Part shown: in pieces, positions 31,801-46,800 of the stretch
Layout of the letters: every line of letters begins with the position of its first letter
Position numbering within the stretch: position 1 is the first letter of the stretch
NCBI GenBank assembly: GCA_030637655.1
Contig: DAOWGI010000034.1
Location: 1-55,170, forward strand
Length of the DNA stretch: 55,170 nt
Direction: 5' to 3'
Origin: a candidate division FCPU426 bacterium
Lineage (GTDB): Bacteria > Oederibacteriota > JAAXVQ01 > JAUVAV01
Translations under genes and position numbers: made by a program
The notes under the pieces: model-generated
Database searches by the model: none
What the model was told of the DNA's origin: nothing
The model's input: only the letters and a program-made list of their open reading frames with translations

Positions 31801-34800
31801 GGCGCCCCAACTATCACCTATTAGCAGGTAAAGAATGTCTGCCGGAGTGAGGTAGCGCAAAGGAATTTCTTCATTATCAATACCTGAAAAGGTGATGCTA
31901 TTCTCGGAAAAATATCCCAGCAAGGCGCTCATCACATCCAGCAGAGCATCGGCGAGGCTGATGCCTGTATACCCCTCATCAGCCAGAGCATCTGCTATAG
32001 CTGGTTCGAGAAGGTTATATAAAATTTCATAGATTCTCTTGCCGGCTAAACCCGGCATGTCCGGCGAGCTTAGAACATCCTGTATGCTCACATTGACAAC
32101 AGGCTGACCGCCAACTGCTTGATAGAGGGTATATTCAGTTGGATTGAGGTCAGCATAAGACTCTGCCTGGCTGGCGTCTTTGCGATGGTATTCATAATAA
32201 CTCTCTGGTTGTCCCAAACTGTTGTAAAGCGTCCAGGCACGATTGATAATAAATTTAGTGTCCAGGGCGCCTTGCGTCCAATCCGTGTCATGCAGGGTTT
32301 GGTTGTAACTGAACAGCTGTCCCAGAGAGTTATAAACCATGCTGTTTTGATTCACAGTGGTAATCTTGTTTATAGCGCCATTGTCATCGTATTTCTTGAT
32401 TTCACGTTGCCGGGCCTGGCCGAGCGAGTTATACTCCTTCACCTCAGTGACCTGCTTGTAGACGTGATTTAAATTGAAGAGACCGCCGGTTTCAGTGATT
32501 TGCTTTTTTGACCATATCAAACGATTGGAAGTGTCGTATTCATTGTCCAGCAGGGATGTCTCTGTGATGGTAATATCCTGCTTGGCAATGACCTTGGTCT
32601 CGCGAAGAATTTGATCCAGCTCATTAAATTCGTCTATGCTGTGGATCAAGGTATATTGTGAATCAAGATTACCGCCGCTTTCAGTGATACGGTTGGAAAA
32701 AGCCTGCACACGGTTGTAATCATCATAGGTTTGGTCCACCAGGCTGTATTCTTCGATAACATGATTGCCATGTGTGGTGGTCCGCGTCATTTGGGCCACT
32801 TTACCTAAGAAGGTAAACTTCCGGTTTATAGTAGTGACAGAATAGGTCTTGCCGAGGCCATTGATTTCAACTGCTTGGGGGCATTCTTCCGGTTGGATTG
32901 TCTCGCTAGGTTGAGTACTGGTTTCTGTGTAACTGGTTTGGGTTTCAGTGATTTGATGCAGGTCATTGTAGGCAACAGAGGTGGCATGTTCCACCACGGT
33001 CTTAGTTTTATTCGTGGGAGGACCTGTGGAAGGATGGGTCTTAGTGTATTCATCTGTGGTAAGACGATATTCAGTCACCCGGCCCAATTGGTCAAAGAGA
33101 AGATTTTCAGTTAAGGTCTCTGAGTATAGGGACAACTCGCTCCCCTTGGTTTTCTGATCTTTTATGGAACGCGACATATTAATTTGTTGGATGCGGCCAA
33201 GCTCTTCATACTGGATATCTGTCAGAGTTTCTTCGTGAATCAGTTTGCCGCCATCCAGTGTATCTTTGACATACTGCTGTAAACGATTTTGGCTGTCATA
33301 TTGCTGATCACTCACAGTTTCCACCAAAGTACGTCCGGCATCAAGGGTGGTCTGGGTATAGGCACGAATCCGGCCATAATTGTCAAACTCCGTGTTAGTG
33401 GTATCCAGAGTATACGTGTGATTTAAAGCGCCAGTGCCCACGTCACCTTGCTCAGTGATTTCTGAATATTTATGAACAAGTCTGCCTTGGTCATACAGCA
33501 TGCCCGATACCATTTCAATCGTAGTTTTAGAAGCATCTTCAGTGGTTTGTTGATAATCTTCCATTTTGCCTTGAGAGTTGTAGACCATGTTCTCCATAGT
33601 AACTATATAAGTATGGTCTAAATTGCCATATGTTGAATTGCCGCTCTCCGTCCACTCTGTTTTGGAGTAAACCAATTGCCCGGCTGAATCATAATCACAG
33701 TCTTCCAAGGTTTCTTCTGTGGTGGTCTTGTTAGCGTCAGTAGTAACACGCAGGTATTCAATTAATTGACCTATGCTGTTATAGGTCATTTCCGAAGAAT
33801 CAACGGTGTAGTATTGATTGACTTCTGCTCCCATGGTGTCAGTGCTTAAGACATTAAAATCATGCGTTTGCGCAGTGGCCAAATCAATTTGGCGATAGGC
33901 CAGACTGGATGCCTCCATTTGGTTGTCCTGACTGTACTCCAGTTTGGTTCCCCCGACATTCTGCTCAATGGTTACCAGATCGTCCTGGATGCTCACGCGC
34001 TTGACAGTAATGGCCTGATCCAAATCATTGTAGCCATTTTCAGTCTCTACTGTGCCGGCCGTGCCGTTTTCATCTCTTTGCACCAAACTGTGCGTGAGGT
34101 TGCCGCGCAAATCATAGGTTAGTCCGGATGCTTGCTCGATCACTTCATGCTGTCCTTGATTTTCTTGGCTAATTTTAGTGTACGAGCGGGCTTGATCCAG
34201 CAGATTGTAGTCATTATAAGCGGTTATGACTGAATACTTTTTATTTAGAGGCAAGGTTTTTGTCACATCCTGCTCATGTACTGTGACATTGGAATAAGCC
34301 AGGCGGCCATAGCGGTCATAGGTTAAAAAGACGGCCTTCTCTTTAGTTTCTTTATCACCCCGGGTGTGAGTACGTGTATACCCACTGACCTGCCCAGTGG
34401 CTGAATCATACTCATTTTCAGTTCGCAGAGTATAGGTGTAATCCAATTCTGTGCCGTCTAAGATAAATCCATGGTCTTTTTCTTTAATTTCCACGTTAGT
34501 AAGCAAAACACGTTCTTCAGCAGCATATTGAATATCCGCCAAACAAGTCTCTGTGCTGATCTTAACTACTTTGTCAGTTTCGTCCTTGTGTTCCATGGTA
34601 CGGCTATAGCGCAGCACCTGGCCCAAGTCATTGTAAGCATGATTGTCCATGGTCAGGGTATAAGCGCGATAATACTCTCCTCCGTTGGCAGGCACATCCT
34701 TCTCAACGAAATCAGAAACTTTATGCGTGATTTGCCCAACCTCATTATAATCAAGGTCAGTGCAGGTTTCCGTGATCTGCTTGTCTCTTTCAGTACGGGT

Positions 34801-37800
34801 CTGGGTAAATTCAATCTGTTGGCCCAAGTCATTGTAAGCAACGTTGGTGAGAGCTTCAGTCCATTCCCGGCAATAATCCATTTCTGACACACCTGCCAGG
34901 ACTTCTTTGTTAGCGGATGTTTGGCCAATAACCTGATCATGTTCATTGTAGCTGGCAGTAATTTTTTGTTCAGTCTTTTTGCCCCCACGGATTGTAAGGG
35001 TGGTATATTCATCGGGCAAGCCCTGTTTATTGTAGCTGGTGTAAGTAGTATCCACGTTGTAACTGTACAGTAGATCAGTTTGATCATAGACGTTTATCAA
35101 ATCTCTTTTTTTCTCTAATTGCTGCTGCTCATTGTAAGCAAGGTACGTAATATTTTCACGGGTAGTTCGATGATTGTCCGTGGTGGTGGTGATTTCCCGG
35201 GCAGGCAGCTGGGTGCCGGCTGAGTACCCATATTGAGAATTACGTTGATAAGTATGATCCAGGTTTCCACCCTCTTCATGAATAAAACGATACATGCCAT
35301 CCAAACGGCCGTCAGCTTGTGAAAAGACCTGGTGAATTGATTCAGTGGTGGTTTTGGATCCTTTGGTAATAGTCTGGGTATAATTGGCCATGCGGCCCAT
35401 CCAGTCATATCCCTCGTAAATGGTTCCAGCTACTATCGCGCCGGCCTGCAAGGTCATAGAATAAGCAGCAGACTTGGTCTGTCCTGCAATGACAGTATAG
35501 TTGGTTACCGTGGTATGCCGGCTTTCCAGTCTGCCTAAATTATCATATTCAACCTGAGTCACATTATTGACTGTCCGCTTGTGATTAATAATGCCTTCAC
35601 AGGTAGCGGAAGCAGTAATGGTCTCAGTGTAGCTTTCCAAGAATCCGGCATCCGCAGTTCCGGCGGCATAGTACTGCATGTTCTCCCGGCTGGTCTGTTT
35701 CCAATAAAAATCACCTTCATAAACCTTGTTCACTGAGCTGATTAGTTCTCCGGTGGAGGTATTGTATTCAAAATCATTTATCTCCCTTACCACCTGGCCG
35801 CTAATTTCCGTTCGTTTTATCTCACTGTGCGTTACCTCACTGCCAGTGTAGGTATAATCCGTTTCCTCTCTGAACATTTGTCCGCCGCCGGCATAAACTT
35901 TAAAATCTATGGGAAGACCTTCCACGTCATCAGGTCTTTCTGTGGTCAAATCCGGCTGTTCAAAGCTGCCGCCAATATCCTGCCAGATTTTTTTATCACT
36001 ATGTTTCACCCGGCCATAGTCATAAGTAAATTTGGTCAACTCCCTGGTCATAACACCACCAACATCCAGTCTAATTACATCAGAAGATTTTAAAATCCCG
36101 CGGCTGTCATACAGCAGAGAGGCATCTTCTATGCTTTGAACGGGCCGGTTCTCAGCGCCAACCAAAGTTGTTGGCGGATTATAGGCAATTCGCTTTCTTT
36201 CCGAGTCCGCGTCATCCGGATTTTCTAAATAGGTCTCTACTGAATAAGCAGGCTGATTGGCTTTAATGGACCGCGTATAGGTTGGCTTGGAATCTCCTTT
36301 ATAAGCATAATAATAGTAGGTATCCTCTACTGTGGATATATTCTTAGCATCTGTATGAATGCGAATGGTTTGACTGGTTCTGGGATTGGTTCCATCCAAT
36401 TCATAGCGAAATTCCATTAAATCTGTCTCCACCCGGGCATTGGTGGATTCTTGGTAAGCCAAGGTTTGGCCGGCCTCGCGGAAATCAGGTCTGTCAAACA
36501 AGGCATTCGCAAAGCCCTGGAAATCAGCCTGGCTTAGGGAACTGTCCAGCAAGCCTTGAGTCAAAGAAACGTCAAAACCGGTGGTGGTTGCTATCATACC
36601 AAAGACGTCGCGGTTGGAGACCTGCTTGTAATCCAGCACTTCAGTGTATTCAGCCACCCATTGTTCCTCATTGGCGCGCCAGCGGAGTTTAAGCAGCTCG
36701 GAGGCTCTGCCCTTGTCATCATATTTGAAGAATATCCATTCCTCGGTCTCCAAACCATTGCTGCTGGTATTGATTTGATGTATTCCGATCTCTTTTTTTT
36801 CACCATTAATATCCCTCAGCGCTGTTTCCAGCCTTTCTGTGCCGCTGTTCCGGTTGACGGCCAGACGGATATTGCCGGTCTCAGAATCCGGCCGCAAGCT
36901 GTCCTTGAGATAAAGCTGTAGTTCCTGTTCTGTTTGCTTCCAGGTCTCCCTGTCTCCCTGGCCGGAATAACGGATATTTTGCATGTGCACGAGCGTCACA
37001 AAATTATTGGGCAGGTCGTCTGCGTAAGCAGCATCCATTTCAATCCATTCTTCCTGACCTGCCAATTCCCAAATACCGATTAATTCTTGCTGTCTGGATT
37101 CTGACAAGGCATCCCAAACCGTGTATTTGCCGTTTAGCACTAAGCCTTTGCCTGCAAATGTAAATTCCTTATAATCCGAGACTTGACCTAAGGTGTTGTA
37201 CTGGGTGTCCTTTCTTACGGTCACGGATGTTGCATCAATAGGCAGCCGGATTGAGCAGGCAGTCAAATTATACTCACTACCATTCAGTACTACTTGGTCG
37301 GTTGCGTCCAAATTTAGACCAGCCAGATCGATCAGGCCGATTTTTTCATTATCGCTTAAAGCCTTGGCCGCAATTTCCATACTTGCACCGCCATTGGCAA
37401 CCAAAATCGTGCCCAATCCCAAGGTGCGGTCAAATGCTTCTATTTTATTCTGCCGGATGATTTGCTCCGCCGCGCCCTCCGGACCAAAAGACTTGCCGGC
37501 AAATGTCGCTTCCAGCAATTCACCTAAAGCAGTGGTGACCGGCCCCAAGACGCGCATGGTTCCGATCCAATCCTGCAGGCGGCCATGGTCATCGTATTTC
37601 ACTTGACCCATGCTGTTGACTGCTACGGACTTGTTTAATGTTTCTTTGAATCTGCCGTGTGTCAGATTGTCCTTATCCGCCTCACTTAATTCCTGCCAGC
37701 GTCTCTCCTCCCCGCGATAGCCAAGTGTATCTCCCTGGAAGATAATGTTGCTGAATCGTTCCATCTGATTGCTGTCATCGTACCCGGAAAGCGGAATACG

Positions 37801-40800
37801 GGTAACCATGGTGTTTGTTTTGCCCTCAGCAATATCACCGGAATGGGAGGTGCGCACCATGGCTGATTCACGCAGTTGGCCGCGGGTGTTGTAGGTATAA
37901 GTAGTTTCTTCCTGTACATAGTTCGTAGTTCCTTGATCATGGGTTTCACGAATACGGCGGCAATACAACAGTTGGCCTAAAGAATCATAGACCATGTTTT
38001 CTTCCGTAAGCTTGTAGACTTTGGTGTAAGGATTGGCATCCGGAGGATTGCCCAGGGAAGCCTCAATCACTTGAATTTCACGCCTTTGCCTGCGGCCGGC
38101 ATAGTATGCAAACACCGTGGTAGCAAGAGTATCCTGGTTGCTCTCTGTGATTTGCTTCCGGCCGTCCACAATAATACGGGTCTGCCGCGCAACCTGATTT
38201 TCATCATTGTAGCTGTGAATTGTGGTCTCAACTGTATATTGGTGCACAGGCAGATCACCATATTTTTCAGATATGCTATTAAAGGCATAAGTCATCCGAC
38301 CTTCAGGATCCTCATATTCCATAGTCAGATCCTCAGTGGTAACCTTGTTGCCATCCCGGGTGAGCTTCCTTTGCCGGGTCACTTGCTCGGATTGATCATA
38401 CTCCAAATTATCGATCTCTATTTCATAACTGCGGTAGTACAAATGAGTTTCACCATTGGCTGCCGGAAAACCTGTCTCCTGCACCTTGCTTTTACTGTGA
38501 ATCAGGCGCTCCCCATTATAGACCATTTCCCGGACATCCTCTTCAGTGCGCTTTTCATTGTCAATAATGGTCCTAAAGAGCGAAATCGCCTGCCCCCGGG
38601 CATCATATTGCATATCCCGGGTGATAACACGCGTAACTTTACCTTGTTCTCCAAAAGCTTCCTGCGCAGCCGCCCGATCCGCCATGACCGCAAAATCTCC
38701 GGCTGTCAGGCCTTCACTCTCCCTCGTTTCCAAAATCAGCATATCAGAAAATTCCACCTGATTCTGAAGGTTGTAACGCATGGCACTCAATGTTTTTTCA
38801 AAGATCCACTTGGCATTCTCACAGGTTTCCCTTACAAACCCTGTCATCTGGTCCAAATGATTGTACTTCATCCCTGTGGTATGAATTTCCTTGGATGTAT
38901 CGACATGCCCCACAGTTTCTTCAATGAGTAAATGGGACTCAATTAAGCGGTCAAACTCATCATATTGGAGAGCTTGCAAGGTGCTTTCCACAATAGTGCG
39001 GATTCCTTCTGCCTTGGTCCGGATATATTTGGACATATTGCCCTGGTTGTCGTAATCCATGTCCTTCGTGGTTACAGTATAGGTCCGTTTCACTTTTTCA
39101 GTATCCTGATAGCGGGTCTCATGCACTATAACTTGATTGCCGGTCATGCGGCCTCTGGCATCATGAGCATGGTTTTGGGCTTCAGTTATTTTCAGTGAGC
39201 CGCTGCCTAAGATTTCAACCATCAGAGCCTCGGGCTCCTGTTGCAACACTTCCTGTTTTTGCTCTTCAGCCAAGTCCAGCCATTCGATGACTTGCCAATC
39301 ATCCCCGGTTTTTGCTTTGACCCGTACCTGCGTCCCAGTAAAGGATATCTCTTGGTATCTGTCCAGTAAGCCGCGTTTCTCATAAGTTATATTCCGGCGT
39401 GAAGCAGTCAGGTTCTGGCCGGCATTAACTTTGATTTCTGCTTGCTGTGACAAGCGGGCTAAATCATAATCTTCCCCAAGGTTTATTGCCTTGCCCTGGC
39501 TTAAGGTTTGCGCCTGTTGCGCTGTCAAATTGAATCCCTGACCATCTAAAAGGAATGCATTGCCGAATAATTCCTCGGAAATCCGGATACTTAATTCCTG
39601 TGAGTCTTGGTTAATCTGCCGCAGCATTTCAATTTCGATTTGCAAATCAGCCTGTGCAGCTTGGATACCTTTTTGCACACTGACCATGGTTTCCAGGATA
39701 TCCTGTCCGGCTTGTCGGTCCTGGCCGGCATTTAAAAGATCAGTCACAGCCTGATCGTATAAAGGTTTTTTTCCACTGACGCCATGGACCTGGTTATAAG
39801 CATCATCGTGTTCAATCCGGGCCTGGAGATAGCGGTCTTTGGCAGTGGTTTCAGTGTTGGCAGTATCCAATAATTCCGTGCCAGTGACAGCAATGCCTAA
39901 ATCACCTTCATAATTAGCCAGAGCTCTGTCTTTCAAGGAAGTGATTAGATTCAGGCTATCATAGGCATCTTGGCAAACTGTGATGGCAACATCGAGAGCT
40001 GTCTTCGCTGCCAGATGTACTGAAATGGCAGACTGCCACTCATTAAATTTCTGATCTACAACTGTTTGCAAGGGCGGTATGGTGTTTAATTGATCTACGT
40101 ATGCTTGATATTTCTGCTGTTCTTTGGTCGTATAGAGAGCTTGCACTTGAATTTTGTAGTCATCAGCTAAAAGACCTGCCAAGGCATTTATTTCATTAGT
40201 CGTCAGTTCAAGTAAAGTATGAACCTTATCTTTTAACGGATCATATTTATCCTGTACTTCCCTGTCTAATGCACTTTTCGCGTCTCTGTAGTCTTGTATG
40301 ATTGGTTCGACAATATTCCGCTTATCAAATTCACTTGGTTTACCATTAAAGATTGATTTTGGCTTTACTACATAAGATTCACTATAATAATACGTCGAGA
40401 AATCGTGATGAGTATGATCTAACTCACTTTGATTAGGACAATTAGGAAAGACCAGCCAAGTATAGTGTATACCCCATGCAGGTGTATCATCATATTGTGA
40501 CATTACAGTGCTTGTCACGTCATATCTTCTCATTGTTGCACCAGAATAACTATATGTGCCATTTGGACCTACCCAATCAGCATAGGAAATGTCACATAGG
40601 TTATCCGCGACATTTTGCGATTCTGTTTCAAACGCATTCACCAAACTCTTTACCACGTCTACTTCATCATCAAGTTGACCGGAAATAGAAGTCCAGGCAT
40701 TATTAAGATTATTCAATTTAGCCAAAAGAGAATCTGCTTCGCCTTGCGCGGCATTTCTTATACCAACGGCTGTATTATATTCATTTTTTGCAATACCTTT

Positions 40801-43800
40801 TGCTACCAAAGCTTGGTCAAATTGATCGCACAAGCCTCCAGCCAACGCAGGCTGCCCGCCATCCAGCCAGCCGATTTGCTGGTCAATGTTTTCAGCAATG
40901 GTTTGGCAGCTATCACAGAAAAGGGCCAAAGCATCCTTTAAATCCAAGGCCTGCTGCATTAAAGTCTGAACCGAACTTTCTTCCGTCAAAAAAGCATCGA
41001 TGCTGTCCATGCCGATTCCTAAGGTATCAGGCCAGGGTGCTCCCACATTGCCGGCATCCCAATTGCCAAGCACATTGGTAATAGTGCTGCGTATGCTTTC
41101 CAAATCAGCAGCAGCCTGAGCATAATCAGCACTGGCATAAACCTGATAATAGGTTTTTAAATTATCAATCGCAGTGTGCAGATTGGCATAATCTGTACCT
41201 GCCCAATTCTTAATGTCTGTTATCAATTGATCTTGCTGGTGTATGGCCTGACGCCACTGGTTTTCCACAATAGCCAGAGCATTGACAGCTTCCACCAAGG
41301 CACTGGTCTTATCATTAAGGAACTGAAAGGCAGCATCCAATGCTTCGCGGGCAGCATCCACATTGTTTTCCTGGGTTGCTTCATCCACAAATTTAGCTTG
41401 CAAACGTAAAGTAATCTCCTGCATCACGGCTGCGGGATCATTCCTGTCAGGTAAATCACTGCCAAAATAGGGTACTGCCAGATTTGAATAAGCAGCTTGC
41501 CAAGCATCCTGGGCTTGCTGGAACAGGGCTTGTTGTTCTGCCACTACTTCTTCCTGTTTCTCAATCATTTCCTGCTGTTGAGTCAGGGATTCGGCCATGA
41601 TTGCTGCTTCAGAGAAAGCCTGGAAAGTAAAGCCGCGGCGATGGGTGGTGAGGTCATAGCCGGTCATTTGCTGAATGGCATTGTAGGTCACATTTTCATA
41701 GCAATTAATAGTAACCAGCTCTTTGACTTCTTGCACTTCATCGACAAGGTTATTGATCAGCCGGCTGCGGTCTGCTATAGCCAGGGTGCGCCAATCAGTT
41801 TCCACTCCATTGATCTCGAGAATATCGCCCTCAAACACGGTTTCTTTATAAGCCACAGCTTGATCCAAGGGATTGTAGGCATAGTCATTGCGATACAAAT
41901 GCGTGATCTTCTCACCCTCTACCAGGCGGGCCGCATAGGTGGCATAGCGCTGGGTCTTGCCTTCATAGGTGACATTGACATCTGAGATGGTAATCTTATC
42001 AGGCGCAGCTGAAGAACGGGTTTCTTCCTGCCAGGCGATGGGACGATTCAATTCATCATAAACCGTATCCCGGCGCTGGGTAATTGTGACTGTGTAATCA
42101 AAAGGATGGAGTTTGGCATAGGCTGTATCAGCCGCGGTCCAGGCCGGTAAGGTGGTTTGTAGAGACGCGATTAATCGCGTCTCTACAGCCATGGATAAAT
42201 TTTCAACGAATGATACGAAAGGAGATAAGGTAAGATTGGTTGTTAATTCTGCTAAGAGATTATCAAAGGCATCTGCGGTTTGGAATAATAAATTGCTGAT
42301 AGTTGACAAAAGATTTGTGACAATATTTCTAATTTCATCAGTAAAGCCGGATATATTTTCTGCCATCCAATTTTGGATTTTCCGGATAATACCAAGAGTA
42401 TCAAATACCAAGAGATTGGCAATCTCCAGAGTCTGGAGAATCCATTCCTCAGTTAAAGCAACTGGGAATCCATTCTGAACTTCACTCAACCATTCACTAA
42501 AGCGCCGCAAAATCCCTGCTGCCAAATCCTCATCCGCATTCACTTCCAGATAGCCCAATTGCCGGCCATCCTGGTCAAAATTCACAGCCTGGAAAATATG
42601 CTGAACCGGCTTTTCCTCAGCATTGGTGCCCAGGATCAATTCCTGGTAAGCTGCTATCATGCCTTCGTGGCGCCACAACTCGTCTGTTGCTGGAGGTTGC
42701 GACCCATTTGGTGGAATTTGATTTGACCAAGTTTCGCCTTCATCCGGGGAATTCTCAGTTTGTCCATAATATTCAATGCCTGAACGAATCGAGGCAATGG
42801 TTGATTCTTGCGTAAGGCCTTCATTTTCAATCTTATTGGTGATGGCCTCATGATAGGATTGCAGGCGGCCATCTGCCTGGAATCGGGAATGGCTGCGCTT
42901 TTGGATGACAGTACGGGTACCAAAATCCGGTGAGATCTTTTGGGTGGTACTAATAAAACGCAGCAACTGGCCCAGGTCTGTGTAAGAATCTTTAAAATCA
43001 GCCAACCACTCAATGCTGACTTCTTCCTGCAATACGCCCGCTGGATCATGCACTGTACTGGTTTCTGTGTAGCCGAGTAATTGACCTTTGTCATTATACC
43101 CCTGAGGAGATATGACTTGCCAATCTGTAGTTGTAATTTTCTCTTGATCTTCCTGCTCAAGTACTTGGTGGTAGGATAAGCGGCGGCCTTTTTCATCATA
43201 AGTAAGGTTGCTTACAATCTTGACATAATTTCCTTCAGTAATGTTCCAGCCGTTTTCCACATAGCTTTTCAGGCAAGAGAGATGATTGTAAACTATTTTG
43301 CTCTGAGACTTCTCATAGCGTCCGCTCTCATTCCAGCCATTTTCAGTGAAGGCGAGTATGCGGCCCAATACATCGTAATTTTCAGGCTCACTTGACCATT
43401 GCCGGTCAATGTATTTGCCATCGGCAATACCCTTTTCATGATAAGCCAAAATCCGGCCATGGGAATCATAGACAATGTTCTCCCGCATCAAGTTGTTATT
43501 CACGCCACTGGCTTGGGAATATCCATTGGTCACATAACCCATCTCACGGCCATTAGCGTCAAATCCCAGTACTTGCCAATTCTTTTCATATTGGCCGGTA
43601 GCTGGTCCATTGCCAGTCTCAAAATAGGCTTGCAGATGCCCGGATGCATCATAATCCATATCCAAGCGAGTGTAGGTGGAGGTGTATTCCTCAGGCAAGC
43701 CTAAATAATGTATGGTCTGTTCAGTGAATTCCTGTATTAAACCAGCAATGTATTCCCCAGCCTGCCAAATCACACGCGAGGGAATGCTCTCCAGTAATTC

Positions 43801-46800
43801 TCCGGTTTGGGGATTATAATATTCAGTTGTCTTGGTTTCTTCGTAATGGGCCAATTGTCCTGCCATATTGTAGGCGTCATCATAATGAGCCTCCCAAGTG
43901 CGGATAATTTGCATATCCCGCACTCCAGCTGCGGTTTCCCGCAGCCTCTCCACATAGCGAATAAGTTGTCCTAATGCATTGTATTCAGCCTGGGACCACT
44001 CTTTTTCGGTTGTCACACCCAAATCATTGGTAAAGACTTCTTGATAATGCTGTTGTTGGCCGGATAGTGTATAGGCCTCCTCAAATGACGCATCCCAAAT
44101 TTTGGTATAACTTGGCTGGTTCACTGTCCAGCCGGTTTCAGTGCAGCCAATTACCTGGCCTTTGTTATTGTAAGTAGTGCCGGCTCTGTGTTGGTCATAG
44201 TCCATGCTGCCATTGTCAGTCTGCAGATTCTCATGCAGACTATCCACTTGACCGAACTCATCAAAGCTCGCTTCCCACAAGTAGGTGTAGTTGCCGCGAT
44301 CCGGCTTATGGCCGGTCTCTTGATACCCTGTCAGTTGACCTAGAAGGTTGTAGTGCAAGACTTGCCAATCGCGGCTGATGTGACCTTCAGCAGTAGAATC
44401 CACTTCTTCCTGATAGGAGAGCAAATGGCCTTGATCCTGGTACAAAATATTGGTGCGGAGGGTACTGACCACTGTTTGCAAAACTTCGGCGCCTGCCGCC
44501 TTTCTGCCAATGCGGGTGACATCTTCTTGATAGGCCGAGACTCTGCCTAAGCCGTCAAAGTCCAAGGCAATCCAATTGATTTCTGTATTTACATCAGGTG
44601 CATCTGAGCTGTTCCGGTTTTCCGTGTAAGAGAGTTCCCGGCCAAACGCATCATAGGCGGTTTGCTCCCGCTCAATGCTGGTCTTTTGGAACAATTTTCC
44701 GTCTTCAGATACCTTGGTGATGGTTTTATTATAAGTCTCGCGTTGGCCGCGGCCATTGTACGTAACATCTGATAAAGTCTCGGTGGTGGTCACTTGGCTT
44801 TGTGCAGAAGATGCCAGCTCTTCGATTTGAGCTGTAACCTGGCCTTGGTCATTGTACTCAGTTACTGTACGGGTAGTTGTAATCACCACGCCCAGGGCAT
44901 TTCCCTCTTCATCCTTCCCCTGTTGGCGGACTTTTTGTTGGAATTGCTCTATTTGACCAAGTCGGTTATATACAGCTTGGCTCCAGTCAGTAGTGGTTAT
45001 TAGATTTGGCGCTTGTGAGGACACGCTTTCTTCATGATAGGAATTCTCCCAGCCGGAGAGGTTGTACTGAATGTCTGAGCGGGAAACCTGCGTGCTGATC
45101 CTCATGTTCCGGGGATTTTGGGCATCATAACGCTCAACCTTTTCCTCAAAGGCAATCACCTGGCCAAAATTATTGTACTTTGTCAATGTGCGATCAGTAT
45201 GAATAACCAAATCAGGAGCATCCGTGGAATATTCATTTTGTGAATATTTTATTTCCCGGTTCTGTTGGTCATATTGAATATCACTGCGCTTCAGGGTAGT
45301 AATTAATGAATATTCCGCACCCTTGATATTATTGACCACGGTTTGCTGGGTATAATCTTTCACCCGGTCAGCCTGATCAAAATCAGTGGCAGTCCAGGTA
45401 ATGGTCTTCTCTAATTCCGGCTGATCACTGGATATGCGTTTTTCTATATATTGAGTCAATCTGCCCCGAGCGTCAGCATACTCAGTGGCTTCGCGCCAAG
45501 TTTCAGTTACACGATCCAATTCCTTTCCCTGAGTATCCTGTTCACGTATTTTTTCATAATAAGTCTTTACTCTGCCTACATCATCATAGCTCACATCTGA
45601 GCGCGTGATGGTCTCACCTACATCCCGGTCAGAGTAGAGGATTTCATCTTCATATTCCAGGACTCGGGAAAGGCCATTGTAGCTGGTGTACGCGCGGGTG
45701 ATGAGCTTTTCAGTGAAAAGGTCAGGAGCTATGGATCCAGTCTCATCAAATCCCACGCTCACAATCTTTTCCTGATATGCATTTTGCCGGCCCAATTGAT
45801 CATAAGTGGCATACAATCGCTGAATGGTATTGAGCACGCCTGGCCGCTCAGAGGATTGACTCTGCTCTTGATAGCCAAGCAATCTGCCCTGGTCATCATA
45901 TTGCAGGTCCAAGCGATTGACCTTAGTGGTAATGTTTTGTAATGGTTTTTGCTCAGCATCCAAAACATGGGATCTGCTATTCACGCTTTGAGATTCACTC
46001 AAAGCCCGGCCCAATTCATCGAACTCTGCAACTTCACGGGTAGTAGTCGAAACCATGACCCCATCATCCACGATCTCTTGAGACTGGGTATTGCGGCCCT
46101 GCAGATCATATGCTCCCTGCCAGTCCACGGTCTTTGATCCACCGGCAATGCCATTGCCTGAATTGTCCTCATGGTAGGCTAAAACTTGACGACCGGCTGA
46201 ACACACTATGTCTTTTCTCTTCACATTAGTAAATTCAGCGAGAACTTCAATTTCACCATTATCCGGATTGGTCCAAGTGCCTCTCTTGAGGGTCTCTTCT
46301 TCATAAGCTGTGGCCAAACCATTGCAATAAGTGGTGGCTTTGCGGGTTATGAGGGTAGTTATATCCAAAGGCAAGCTGCCAGTACTAATTTCACGGATTT
46401 GTTTGCTGTAACTGTATTTGAGGCCGGCCGGCGTGTATGTAATCTCAGAAGTATGCTCTGTTACGGTTTTTGCAGGAGCGTCTGAGCTGTTGATAATCTC
46501 GGTGGTCTCAGTGACTTGTCCCAGGGTGTTGTAACCAGTTTGAGTCCGCTCCAGTCTCTGAGTATGATTTAGATTTCCGGAATCTTTTTCAGCCTGGTTA
46601 CGGGTTATTTGCCTAAAGCCTTCAAGTTGTCCCAAGAGATTATATGTGGCCCGGCCAAAAATAACAGTGGTAACCGCAGCATTGCCCTCAGTCTCATGCT
46701 TTTCCATTGAAAATATCTTCTGGTTCAAACCATTATAAAGCACATCTGAAATCTGCGTTTTCCGGACTTGTTCCAGGATTAATTCCTGCAACAGGTTCCA

